64,000 bases of DNA from Cycas panzhihuaensis (GCA_023213395.1 CM041465.1:245465741-245529740); one strand, 5' to 3'. Positions 51,001-64,000 are shown, numbered from the stretch's first letter. Program-made: numbers and translations. The notes: generated from the sequence alone by a model not told the origin.

Positions 51001-53250
51001 GGCACTTATGCCTATAGGGTTATGCCATTTGGGCTAACAAATGTTCTGGCAAACTTATGCCTACAGGGTTATGCCATTTGGGCTAACAAATGTTTCGGCA
51101 ACTTTCCAAAGAATAATCTTGAATATCTTTTGGAAGTTGATAGGTAAAGCAATTGAAGTATTTCTAGATGATTGTACTTTGTATAGCCTTTTATAGGATC
51201 ATCTCCTCCAGTTCAGGTTAATGTTGGAACTGTGTAGGGAAAATAAATTGTGCTTAAATCCTGACAAATGTACCTTTATGGTACAATTTGGATCCTTGTT
51301 GGGACACATTGTCTCAAAGGAAGGATTAATGACTGATCCGACGAAAGTGGAAGTGATCTTGAAGTTTCCTGTTTCTCAAAACCCAAAAAATCTTAAAGGA
51401 TTTTTGGGAATGACTGGATGTTATTGGAAGTTTATAAGAGGATATGCGCAAATTGCTTATCCTTTGGAGTCCTTATTGAAAAAAGCAAATAAATGGGAAT
51501 GGACAATGCGGCAACAACTATCTTTTGATGCTTTGAAGAAAAAGATAGTAGAAGCCCCTGTGCTTAAATTTCCAGACTAGAACAAACCATTCCATGTGCA
51601 TGTGGATGCCTCATTGCACACCATTGGATGCGTATTGGCTCAACCGGCTGACGAGAAAACAGATCTTCCCATTGCCTTCACAAGTTGGAAATTAACACCT
51701 GCTGAGCGTAACTATACAGTTACAGAGCGAGAGGGGTTAGGAATGGTGTATGTGTTGCAAAAATTTTGACACTACCTGCTAGCCAATCCATTTGTACTTT
51801 TTGTTGATCACCAAGCTTTGCAGTATTTGATTAATAAACCAATTTTGCAAGGGAGGATTAGCCGTTGGCTAATGCTTTTCCAGGAGTTCATATTTAAAAT
51901 TATAGTGAAGAAAGGTGATAAGCATGTGATACCTGATCAATTATCCAGAATAAAAGAAGGAGAACTAGGTGACAGGGTATTCGATGATTTCCTAGATCAT
52001 AAGTTATTTTCCATTGAAGTTGTTCCATCATGGTATGAAGGAATTGCAGAATATTTATCCACAGGGCAAACGCCTGAAATTTGGAAAGGCAGAAAGGAAG
52101 AGTTTCATCAAGAAAGCTTTCCCTTTCTAATTAATAGGTGGTATGCTATACAAACTATGGCTAGATGAAGTTCTGCGAAGGTGCATACTTCAACATGAAG
52201 TACAACCAATATTGAGGGAAGCACATGAAGGAATAGCTTCATCTCATCACAGAGGAGAAGCCACAGGACGGAAGATATTGACAATTGGACTATGGTGGCC
52301 GACATTGTTCGAGGATGCCAAGAAATGGGTAAAATCCTGCGACATCTGTCAACGAACTAGTAAGCCTTCTAAACAAAATTATCTGCCCCTTCATCCTATC
52401 CTGGCCCAAGCTCCATTTGAAAAATGGGGATTGGATTTTGTGGGACCAATTAGCCCCCCAACGAGAAGGACGAATGCACATATTGGTAGCTACAGATTTT
52501 CTGACCAAATGGAGAGAAGCCAAACCTATGAAGAAGTGTGATGCAAGAAGCACAACTCGCTTTTTGTACGAAGTCATTATAGTGAGATTTGGTTGTCCTT
52601 TGGAAATTGTATCAGATCAAGGAGGGAGCTTTTTGAGTCAAACAATAAAATACTTGACCTCAGAATTCTTGATACAACATGGCAAATTCTCGCCATATTA
52701 TCCCAGGGCAAATGGCCAAGTAGAAAGTACAAATAAAATTCTAAAGATAGCTCTGATGAAAATTTGTAATGCACAAAGAACAGATTGGGCAAAAAAATTG
52801 CATTCGGTTCTATGGGTAGATAGAACAATGAGAAAAAGATCACATAAGCATACCCCATTTCAACTTGCTTATGGATTAGAAGCTGTGGTTCCTTTAGAAT
52901 TCCAAGCAAAAAGTCTGAGGGTGTCTCAACATCTCAGATCATAACCTGAAATTGTTTATGATTAGAGGCTAATACAACTGATGAAATTGGACGAGACTCG
53001 AGCACGAGTTTTATGGGAGCTGTAGATCGAAAAGAAAAGGTGGAAAGTGTGGTATGATCGCCACCTCAAAAAACCTGAGTACAAGGTAAATGATCTGGTA
53101 TTATTATATGACAGTAAGTTCAAAGTTAAGCCCGAAAAATGAAAATAAGGTGGTTAGGACCTTACAGAATTAATAACATTTATGAAAATGGAGCTGTTAG
53201 ATTACAACAACTGGACAACCAACCATTGAGCAAAATGGCAGTAAAATAAA
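48050..53250 (+). pseudogene. Gypsy J gag-pol (disrupted)
   Basis: ORF fragments 48327-52944 in Gypsy order (PR-RT-RH-IN), with a W.GPY motif near 53150. Confidence 0.92.
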
Positions 53251-53916
53251 ATTGTATAGAACATATAAAAAAAAAAAAACACGAACACAATTAACCAAGG
53301 GGCAAGATCTCCTTAACAAAAGTGTTAAGGATGTGACAATTCCAAAGTCAAATAATTAACACAACTGACGATAACTATCGGTTGGTGCGACATGATGAAA
53401 GGACATGGGTGTAAACGAAAGACAAGGTGACGACGACCAATAGCAATTACCAAATTGCACGGCAAAAGAACGTGGATGCAAACGAAGTGACATCGATATG
53501 CAAACCAAGATTCATCATTGAAGAGACAAGCGAATGTGGCATCACGACAGCACGTCATGGTACCACCTAAGAAAATCATGAAGAGTCACATTAATTAACT
53601 ACTTTGGAAAGGAGATACGACAGTGGTTAAATTAGCACAACATTTAAAAGAATGAGACGTTGTGCCAGAAGTATAATAAAGGTGGCAAGGATGGATTGTA
53701 GTAGCATTAATACACAATTACAGTCGAAGATCGCAGTAGTTACACTACGCAGTGTAGCCAAGGATTTGCGGGAGTACGCAGTGCAGCTAAGGACTTACGA
53801 GAGTACGTAGTTGCAGCCGAGGAATTACAATAGTATGCGATTCCGAGGAATTGCGAGTACGCAAATCGTGAGTCAAGAATCATGGAGTAATAACAAAAAT
53901 TGCAATAGAAGCAAGA

Positions 53917-54477
53917 TGTAGCAATCTAGTTCTACTTTTATAGCAATTTTCCTCAAAAATACATATAATAATCACAAAAGATAATAACTAGATGCTATTC
54001 AATAAGAAAATGAGCAAGGAACAAAATTACAGAATCCACCAAAGTAAATAATAATCTTTAGTGTCAAATAATACCAAAATAGAACGAAATTACAACAAAT
54101 TACTAGTATTTCCTCAAGAAGTGAGCTTCCCTCTTTGAGGCGAGGAACCCTCCAAACTGTAGCCCCCAAATGGGCGAGCTAATTGTAGCCCTAAAACCGA
54201 AAATGCGCAACCAAAAGAACCTCTGGATGATGGTTTGGGATAGCGATCAAAATACTTCAATTAGAAGTCTGCCAGATTGGGTGATATTATTCTTAATACT
54301 GTTCAAATAGAAGTCGGCCAGAACTTCTCCAAAACTGGTAGGCTAATTTTAAATAGTCATAACTTTTGATACTGATGTCGGAATTGACTTTCGTCCGAAC
54401 CATTGGAATCCTCGTTCAAAGACCTTTGATTGGAATAGTCATAAGGTATAGTTTTGACCATATTTTGGAATGCTACA
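53917..54477 (-). repeat. Solo LTR (element-I-related family) inserted in J, TSD CAAGA/CATGA
   Basis: TGTAGCAATC...GGAATGCTACA termini match 35481-35995. Shared internal motifs ccctctttgaggc and gaagtcggcca. Confidence 0.85.
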
Positions 54478-54505
54478 CATGACATGACGTTTTGGATATG
54501 AAGTC

Positions 54506-56157
54506 ATGGCAAAGACAATTTTATTTAGAGAAAATGATGACCCACGTATCCGTACCGACTGGCAAGTGATGAATGAAGACGATGAAAGGAAAAAATTGCT
54601 GATAAAAACTGGGCTGTATAAATTCATAATGGTAGGTACTTTTCCAGGCTCAATCACGTTTTTGAATGTGGTTATACCTTTGTTAGTAGAATGTCCAAAC
54701 ATATTGCAGATTTCCGAAGCATCCATAGCGGCATTAACAGGGCTTCTAAATGAAGGAGAATTAATACGGCGAGATACTCAAATATCTCGTGAAGAGGCAA
54801 CAAAGCTTATTGGAGCCAATAGTAGAGATGCCTCTACTTCAGGCATCCAGATTGTAGGCATTAAGTCTCCTGAAAATAGATTTTTGGCCCACTTCATCTT
54901 CACCAGAATAATCTTAAATCAAAAGAATTTATTTGTACCAACAAACCTGAGGACAATGATTAATAAGGTGGCTCAAGGGAGATGCTTGAATTGGGCAAAT
55001 TTTGTTGCAGGGAGGATAATGCAAAACTTACAAACAGTCAAGGAATCTATTAAAACTGTTACTTTTTATTATGTAACAATTTTACAAGGACTACTTATTT
55101 CTTAATGTCCAGATATTATAATGCTTGCACAGAAGGAGGAGCAAGCTCCTTTAGCCTGTTGGACAAACAGTGGCATCACAACAGAGAAGTGGTGAGAAAT
55201 ACAAAATAAAGTCCAAGAATGGGTGCAGAAACAATATAATTTGAGAGCGGTCACAGTGGAGATTAAAGGCCAGGCTGAAATTCAGGGGGAAAAGATAAGA
55301 GGATGGAAGAAGAGGAAAAGATAGAAAACAGACTGCCAGAAGGACAGGCAAGAGGAGTTAAAATTGAAGAAAAGTTGCCAAAAATAGAGGCAGAAGAGGA
55401 GGAGGAGAAAAAAGAGGAATCACCCAAGAATGCTGTAGAAATAGAAAGTGAAGTCCAGAAACAGAAAAGAAGAAGACTTGCTCAAGAGAAAAAGAAAAAG
55501 GAGATTATAGAGAAACTAGAAAACCAACCACCTGAAATAGAATACAATGTGGATAAAGAATTATTGGAAGAGGGATTGGATCCCATGGAGTGTGATCCTT
55601 GAGATGTGACAAATTGGAGGACTTCATTTTTGGCGAAGGTAACTAGGCAAGTAGTTACAGAATTGGAAAGCAGAGCAAGACCACCTGAAGAATCGCTGAA
55701 AGGAATTCATCAAGTGACTGAGGAGAAATTGGATTCTTTAAAAGGATTCATAATGGATTGGGTAGATGATGTGGATGAAATTGGACCTCAGCTACATCAG
55801 TTCAAAGAAAGATTTAATCAGTACATCTCAATAGATATGCAACCAGTTTACCATCGACTGGGAGCTTGGATACTAAAATTAGATGAGGAATCAGAACGTT
55901 GCAAAAGTTTATGGAAAGAAAGAAATGCTTATAGGAAGGAATTGGACCTGGTACAAAGAGTAAATGCTGAAATGACTCAAGAAATCGAACAGTTGCATTC
56001 TAGGGAGATGCCAACATTGGCTCTATTGGATACAATGTGGGATGTTGTTTTGTTATGTGAATACTTGAAACAGAATGGGTTGAGATTACCCCCTCAAATT
56101 GCGAGACCAGATATGGAGTACATTCAGAGAGAAAAGGCAAAAATCAGAGAGGCCTAG
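54506..56157 (+). pseudogene. Extra ~550-aa ORF of Gypsy J between pol and the 3' LTR (unknown function)
   Basis: ORFs 54506, 55303 and 55606 join by reading through three stops and one frameshift near 55290. A homologue lies at 32430-34200. Confidence 0.82.
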
Positions 56158-58545
56158 TTAAGAAAATGAGGAAAGTTTCATTTTGAAATTTTGGAATGAG
56201 TATGTTGCTCGTTCAAAGTGGCTGCAGGGGAGATGTGTGCAGCCAAAATACTCAGTTATTTTGAGCAACCGACAGTTAAGAAGTTATTTTGGTTGAAGAC
56301 AGGTGCAATAGCATTGACTGCAGGTGCAACAGCAGATGTAACCAGGTCCAATAGTGCTGACTGCATGTGCGACCAGGTGCAACTAGTATAGACTACAGGT
56401 GTGACCAGGTGCAACCTGTACTGACTGCAGGTGCAACTAGTGCTAACAGAAGCACAACTGGGTGCAACTCAGAGGTGTAACCCAGGCAGGAGTAATGTGA
56501 TTAGGGTAGCAACTTAAAAACTTAGGCTGCATTAGTTAGAACCCAGAACAAGAAAAACTGTAAAGCAGTTATTTAATTATGTAGCTATGTAACTGTATAA
56601 AAGAATATAAAGGATAGAATGGGGATATCTCGGAAATCATAGGAGAGAAATCTTATCCGTGCCATTGTACATTCCCGTGGGCTGTCTTAATTGCTGTTGT
56701 AATTGCTCAAGCCTGCATCTGGTTGTGAGAGGACCAAACACAATGCCCTTTTTTGTCTAATGAAGTTGGTTAATTGTGTTCCAAACCTGCGTCTTTCTTG
56801 CATGATTTTTTTCTTTGAGTATGTTAGTTTATAGTAAGATAGGTGCACACAAGCACAAATATCATTGAATGGATGAACGTATGTTCACGATGATATCATT
56901 GAAGTATATTTATGTCATGACATCGACCTCTTCACAAAATGTTATACCCTTTTATTAATAGCACTAATATTATTACTATCATCATCATAATCATCTTGAC
57001 TGTTGGTTCATTACCCCTATCTGCACATAAATATGTACCCAAAACTATCCTAATAATCTTCATTATTTTCTATTTTATCTTGCTCCAAATGATAGACTAA
57101 GAAACATTGTGGCAAATGAAGTGCCTCCTTGGAAGTTAATAAGAAAAGCCTTGTGGTAATTGAGAAAACACGCTTACCAATGACTCTTGAGCTCTTCTTG
57201 AGCATAAATGTGTGCTTAATTATAAAGTTGGTATTGTTTCAGAAAATATGCAGGAATGTTGAGTTGCTATTGCTATTGCTTTTAACTACTAATTTTAGAT
57301 CTCAAATTTGTATGTAGACTGTTACTTCCCATCTAGGGGCCCTCTTTTTGGCTACTACAATTTGGTAGCATGCGATGAGTGTCGTTTTCCTAATTTTCAG
57401 GATGTCTAAGACTTAACCTACATGTGACATGTTTCTTTCAACTTTATTTATGGAAGGTAGAAAATTACATATATTCTGTGTGTGTTGATTAACTGCATAT
57501 GGATAGAGTAGAAGACATAGGTGGTCAACAATTTGAATTCTTGAAGCATGGAAATGGGATCCTAGCTTCAACAATAGAAGACCTATTCGATTTTCCACCC
57601 TCAGGGACACTGAATATTATACCAACCTCTATTCGAGTTAGGTGATGCTTTAAACCTTACAAATTATTGGACCACCATCATTGAGCATACTCTTACCAAA
57701 CTTTACTCCACTATTCTCGATACCTGTATTCCTGAATAGGCATACAAAGGTGGTTTATGGGCCAAAGGATAGGTAGGCTTCTGTTGAGATTATTAGACAT
57801 CAGATCACATCTTCATCCTGCAGTTTATTGAGGATGCTAGACAATGTTACTTGAAAGTCTTATCATTGTTTTGTACGCTTTATTAAGGGCTTTGAGATAG
57901 TCACTTGGCATCTCCTGCAAAAGAGATCACGTACTTAGGGATTTTCATAAGATGTTGTCTTAGTAGTGGCAACTATTACATGAGAAATTTCTTCAATGAG
58001 TTTATAGTCTACGTGACTTTCTAGGGACATGCATAGTGCTATTGGAGTCAAGTTGGTATGCCCCTTGTTTATGACCTTGTTTGGGCTTCACATGGATGAG
58101 TTAGAACAACATATCTAAAGAGTACTCCAGGCTAAGTAACCAGATACCTTGTATTTGATCTTCACACCTATATTCGATACATAATTGATATTTGGGTACT
58201 TGGACACAACATAGATGCTTCTTGGATACATATCTTAACCATATACCATATTGGGCTATATCTGATGTTGTTTCCAAATCTGTATCCTAATTTGATGGAT
58301 CCAAAATGATTGTACCCAAGAATGTTTTGGGCATGTTTGGGAGTATTTAAGCTTATATCTAGCATTCATATTCATTATATGATTAAAAAGTAATGATATA
58401 TTATTAAAAAAGTAGGGAACATTTAAAATAAAATACAACTTAGAAACCCTAACTTGTTTGCTATGATTTAGTTGCATTTATAGCAAGTGTTTTCCTATTT
58501 AAGGAATTGCTCCCTTTGGAAACCCTAATTTTGTCACATCCCTAT

Positions 58546-61500
58546 TGTAGCACTACAAAGTCCGAACACAACTAAAGGCAAGATCTAAATGAAGATGAAC
58601 ACAAATTAAATAGCATACGAAGAACTAAATGACAATAATTAATAGGCTAATCTCCATAGTGTTTGATCCAACATAAATAATAATTATTAAATGAAAGAAG
58701 TCATAAGATATAATAATGTTTGTGCCTCCCTTTTTGAGCATGGGCTTTGCAGCGATGCACCTCCTTCAAGAGGAGAGTAGAACATAAGTCTCTATGTGCT
58801 CTCCTCTATATGATATAATGACTCCTCAAGTATGGGAGGCAACCATATTAATTTATTTTAATTAATTGAAGGCATCCTTGAGGAATGGGTATGTTGCAAC
58901 CCCCCCTCTTTCAACATGCTTTGCCCTCAAGGCAAGGGTGTTTGAGGATTTTATTTTTGCCATTATTCATCTTCTCAAGTTGAAGCATTCTTGCATGAAT
59001 TCTTCCATTTGACTAGATATTACTTGATTTATTAGTGTTTTAAGGTGAACCTCCTCAATATCTTTTTTGATTTGATTATCAATTGACCTTCCTTGGATGG
59101 ATTGCTGTTTGAGTTGTTATCTTTTTGTTGATCTTTTTTGTCAAATGGGATACATGAAAAATGTTGTGGATTTTCCCTAGCTCAAGCTCATAAGCAACTT
59201 CTTCAAGCTATCTTAAGATTTGGAATGGTTTGTAAAACTTTGGTTGTAACTTTTGCTTGCTAGATTCCCACATTATCGCCTACTTGAAGTTTAGAACATT
59301 AAGTATACCTAGTCTTCTACTTCAATCTATCTTTTTGAATGAGATGGATCCTCTTGCTCCTTCATCAAACTTCATGCCATATTGACGTTTCTAATATGCT
59401 TCTTGTTTCTTCCATCATTTCAAGTTGTTCTTTAGCTATAGGGGCTGCACTACAATGTTGACAGTTGATGGTAAATCATACACATAAAGGGCCTTGAACG
59501 AAGGCATCTTAGTTGTCAAATTGTAAGTGGTGCGATAACACCATTATGCGATGTATAACCTCTTGTGCCAATGACTTTGCTTATATGAGGCTTAATTTCA
59601 CAAGTATTCTTCAAGACTTTTGTTAACCACCTCTGCTTGGACATCGATTTGTAGGGGGTATGCAATACACATTGCCAACTTAGTACCTACTTAACTAAAC
59701 AATTCTTTATAGAAGTCGTCAATAAAATTTAGGTGTTGATTGTTTACTATGACCTATGGAAATCCATCTAATCTATGCATTTCTTTAACGGAAATTTCAG
59801 CTATTTGGCTTGCTTTATAATTGGATTGATTCCCACAAAAATGAGTACATTTAGTGAGGTGGTCTACCATTACGAAGATTGCATCCTTACCTTCCAAGCT
59901 GGGAAGCCTTGTAATGAAATTCATTGAAATTTCTCCTTATATTTGTTCTAGTATTGGTAATGGCTATAATAATCTTTATTACTTTACTTTTTCTGCATTA
60001 TGTGGGATGAACCAATCCCAACAATCACCAATGAATCTGCAAGAAGTAGCTCAAAGGGCATAGTAAAGAAATATGGATGCAACAAATCACTTTATTACCA
60101 GAAGGAAATTGAATACATAATTGAGCACCAAAGAGAACCACATGCAGTACCGCAACACGCCAATACACGATAATCGCATATACTTGATAACACTACTCTA
60201 CTTTTAGAAGGCCTTATACAGACAAGTGTGGCCTCTCTTACAACAATGGTATTGGCATAGGACTAAATGGCCCACACACATGTTAAGGGCTAGTGCTAAT
60301 TGTTATGTTATGTGACTACATGTGTTAGCCATTAGCCCTCGCGATTAGGATAGCTATATAACATATCCCCTTCATTAAGATGCCGAGTCCTTGAAGTTGA
60401 GCAAATGTTGAAGCTGATAAATAAACTTTGTTGTTGACTTCCCTCATTGAGCCTCTACTTTGGAGCTGGTTGTTTTGTCACAAGATTGAAAGATGCCGTG
60501 CTTGGTTTGGATATTATCTAGGGAATCAATGATAGCTTGTTCTTTTTTGAGGGTTGGCACAAGGGCTTGGGAAGTGGTGGGTGGTATTTCTTGAAAATTG
60601 GAAGTGAAAACTTTATGAAGTGGGCAATTGGGGAATATGGAAGGTGGGACTTGAATATCATTGATACGAGCTATGAGATGATGTTTTTGACTAGGAGGTG
60701 GTGAAATACCACGGGGCTTGTGAGTTTTGCCAAGTTGGTCTTTGAAAAGGATAATTGAATTGGTAGGGGAATTATTGGTGTTATAAGTGCCTAGAGTTTG
60801 TAGCCATTGGACTCTTAGTATGGCATCTAACCCACTAATGGAAATAGCATAAAATTAGAGATCGTGATATGTTCCTATTTAAATATGGAGGCTTTTAATG
60901 ATTCCTATACAATGGCGTTCTTGGTGGCCTAGAAGAGAGCAAGCAAAGCTTGTTTTTGGCACTATCTATAAATTTAGCTACAGAGCAAGTGAGATATCTA
61001 TAAAATTCAATGAGGCACCACTATTAATGAGAATGGCCATGGGGGTTTTATATAATGTGCCTTTAACTTGGAGGGTTGGGGGAAGAATGTAGAGGACAGA
61101 TTAGCTAAGGATAATATGGATTTGGGAAGAAGCTGGGATTCAAGAAAGGAGTCTTCACTTAATTCTTGCTTCTAGTTCGATTCCTCATTTGCAAAGATAT
61201 TTGCATCAATGGTGAAAACCATGTGTCGAGCTTTACAAACTTTAAAGTTATTGCGGATCCATCTTTTTGCACATTTTTCACACAAACTAATCTCTCCTCA
61301 TTTGTTTGATTTCGCTTGAGAGACATTTAATGTATTTGACAACCTTCTGGGAGGTATATTATTTGAGGGATTCCTTTGTTGATATTGTTGGACTAGCAGT
61401 CGAGGATGCTAATGGGGCTTTGAAGGATTTGGGTGATGGTGTTGTTGGACCTACCATTAAGAAGGTACCATGTGCTCTGTTGCATACCCTGCTTCTGCAG

Positions 61501-64000
61501 CCTTGGCCATGGATATCGCTTGTTTTAATTTGGTGGCGACATCGTTTTTAGGCGCATGAATGTGCTCTTTGAGCCCAGACATCTATGTATCGAAAATTGT
61601 TTGACAATCCAAGTTTTGGCTAACCCAATTTTGCAAAGTCTAGATCTTGTTTATATACTCTTCCACTAACATTACTTCCCTCAAGTGCATGAGTTGATTG
61701 AAAAATGATTGGATCCAAGTTTCTTTGTATTGCTCAAAGAAACTATTACAAAAGTGTGCCCATGTTTGATTAGCAGGATACTCTTGTTGCCACCAATAAA
61801 ACCAATGATGTGTCTTATCATTCAGGTGGATAGAGACAAATGTTAATTGGTCATCAACTAGCATTGAGTTGAGTGAAAAGTAGGAGTTGAGTTTGCTTAT
61901 CCAACTCCTTGCACAATCTTTGTTAAGGTCTAGGTCAAATGTCAGTATGTTAACTTTGTGATGGACTAGTTGTTGACATGTTGTAAATAGAAGATTTTGA
62001 GGGGGTGGGGGGGTGTGGGGGTGGACCTATTGGTGGAGGAGAGGGACCTATTGTGTTGGAAGTGTATGGAATATTAGAATTGGATGCTAATAGTAGGAGT
62101 AACTTATCCAAATTTGGATTGAAAACATCTTGTTTCTAATCGAAAGCATCCTATTTCTTCTTGCATTCCTTGAATTGCTAATCAATGATCTGAGCCATTC
62201 CAGTTAGATTCTAAGTCATTTCGGCAAACTGAATCTCCAGTGCTAGGGACAAAGCAAGAAGTAGGATATTCACGAAGAAAGAAAAGTAGGCAAATAGAAC
62301 ATGACTAAAGAATTGGGGAGTGGTGTAGATGGGAAGGGGGAGGGTGGGGTGTCTATAGCGTGTCGACTCCCAAAAATTCACAATAAATTTATTTAGTGTA
62401 CTATGATGAGTACGAAAAGCTCATGGAAATGACATGAGTTATGAGTGAAAAATTTGGGTTGTGGGGCCCACAGGGTGCCTATATGCCATTATACCTTGAA
62501 AATGTCGGTTAAAACTACCGTAGTGAAAAATGATCAGTGCGACACACTGATCGAAATAATATGTATGAATGACTAGGGGTAATTTTAAGATGTGGACCTT
62601 TTTTTTCGTTGAGTCTAATGGTGCAAGTTTAGGATTGTTGAACTCTGAGATTGAGGGTTTGGATTGGGATTTTGTTATTATTGTTATCATTGTTGGTTGT
62701 CTTTATTGCAATTATGTGCCGTTAATTATGCTGGAGATAGAATTGTGCTTTGCTTTTGCTTGTAATATCTTTGGGCAAATCAGGACAGCATGAAGGCAAC
62801 AGAATTTCTGCAAAACATTTGAGGCAGGTGTGCCCAGTATGTAGGTCCTTCGATAAACTTCTTAGTCGTTACTACCACTCGACCTAATATCTCAAGATGC
62901 TTACTACGAAGGATTGCCCGTACTCAGAATTGTGATAACTGTTCTAAGGTGTTCATGATGGGTAATTTCGTGGTGCTAACAATGAATCACTGCATCACAA
63001 TTTTTTGGCAATTGACAGTATCCCTAATCTAGGTATAGAATGGAAGCCTATAGGGGTCCTCCTATATACTTGAAGGTATATGGAGGCTCTCTTCCATAGC
63101 GAGGTGCTATTTGAGGCCATTGTAAGCAATGTTATTAGCTTTGGTTCACGTATCTGTGTATACTTAGGTATGCTTGGCCTAGAATGATAGTTCCCTATGA
63201 TATTTACAGAGCTCCAACATAGGGTCTCTACCTAACCACTAAAGGGAAAATGGGTGGGAGGGGTTGTTGCTTGATTGCAGTATATTGTATAATGAGTATA
63301 ATAATAGAAAACAAAATGAAATGTGAGAGACAGTTATTAAGTTTTTCATCGTGGGAATTTTTTTTCCCCAAGGTTTTTAGCTTCTTTCTTGTAGTTGTGT
63401 CTTCTCGATTCCTCAAACTTGATCATAAACACAACTCTAATATCACTTGGGGTAAATCAATCCCAACAATCACCATAGAATTTGCAAGAAGTAGCTCAAA
63501 GGGTAGAATAAAGAAATATGGATGTAGCAACTTGGTTTATTAGTAGGAGGAAATTGAATACATAATCTAGCACCAAAGAGAATTAAATGTAGTACTGTAG
63601 TATGCCAATACACAATAATCTCAAATACTCAATAACCATACTCTACTTTTAGGAGGCCTTATATAGACAAGCACAATCTATCTTACAATAATGCTATTGG
63701 TAAGAGTAAACAACCTGCACACATGTTAAGGGCTAGTGCTAATTGTTAGGTCATGTGATTACATGTTTTAGCCATTACGCCTTATGATTAGGATATAGGA
63801 AGGTGGTCTACCATTATCAAGATTGCATCCTTACCTTCCAAGCTGGGAAGCCTTGTAATGAAATCCATTGAAATTTCTCCTCATTTTATTTTGGTATTGG
63901 TAATGGCTATAATAATCCATAATACTTTACTTTTTCTGCCTTGTGCCTTTGATATATTTTGTGTCCTGTTATGAACTCGATGAGTTCTTCCTTTTTTTCT
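58546..64000 (-). mobile_element. Minus-strand Gypsy K: 3' LTR ~58546-58898, PPT 58899-58911, decayed integrase 58912-60000 resuming at 63801
   Basis: TGTAGCA LTR end, pyrimidine tract, minus-strand PLPI...ISMNFITRLPSLEGKDAIFVMVDHL remnants. Confidence 0.75.
60001..63797 (-). mobile_element. Non-autonomous Gypsy L inserted in K: LTRs ~60001-60363 and ~63448-63797, gag and protease only
   Basis: The LTR copies align. PPT complement after 60363, degenerate PBS complement ACTCTAATATCA at 63434-63445, gag fragment 61640-61864, protease tail DAILRVQWLQTLG near 60790. Confidence 0.72.

Larger units (their letters stand above)
46721..56851 (+). mobile_element. Complete non-chromoviral Gypsy J: 618-bp LTRs 46721-47338 and 56234-56851, TSD GGCAC/AGCAC
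   Basis: TGTGTGC...GCACACA LTRs, PBS 47341-47355, PPT 56224-56233. gag, protease (IVDGGLGVN), RT (CVDYRALNK, DGFNGY, FLDD), RNase H, integrase (PFEKWGLDFVGP, YYPRANGQVE), then an extra ORF. Confidence 0.95.

Noticed and set aside
54506-56157. Calling the extra ORF a retroviral env
   Set aside because: No visible signal peptide, furin/fusion peptide or C-terminal transmembrane segment. Only the position is env-like.
56900-58500. Further RRP12 exon in this stretch
   Set aside because: No frame with the expected following motif between AG/GT sites was found by eye.

Overview
Eukaryotic (land-plant) genomic DNA, AT-rich and CpG/CHG-depleted. Five short + strand exons of an RRP12-like ribosome-biogenesis gene (43364-44803) are the only host coding sequence I can support. 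They are flanked by giant introns (at least 43 kb upstream and at least 19 kb downstream, because no neighbouring exons are visible) filled with retroelements. The left half is a deeply nested stack of Copia and Gypsy LTR retrotransposons, including two complete young Copia insertions with perfect TSDs (10027-15219, 19646-24933). The right half holds minus-strand chromovirus-type Gypsy elements, a decayed LINE and a complete 10.1-kb Gypsy (46721-56851). That Gypsy has a tRNA-Glu PBS, a Gag with four zinc knuckles and a ~550-aa extra ORF between pol and the 3' LTR. A second, highly diverged copy of the same extra ORF lies at ~32430-34200 in another element remnant, which suggests a conserved accessory protein family carried by this Gypsy lineage; this is the best candidate for something undescribed. 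All boundaries and alignments were made by eye and no database searches were run. Letters A-L are my own element labels.
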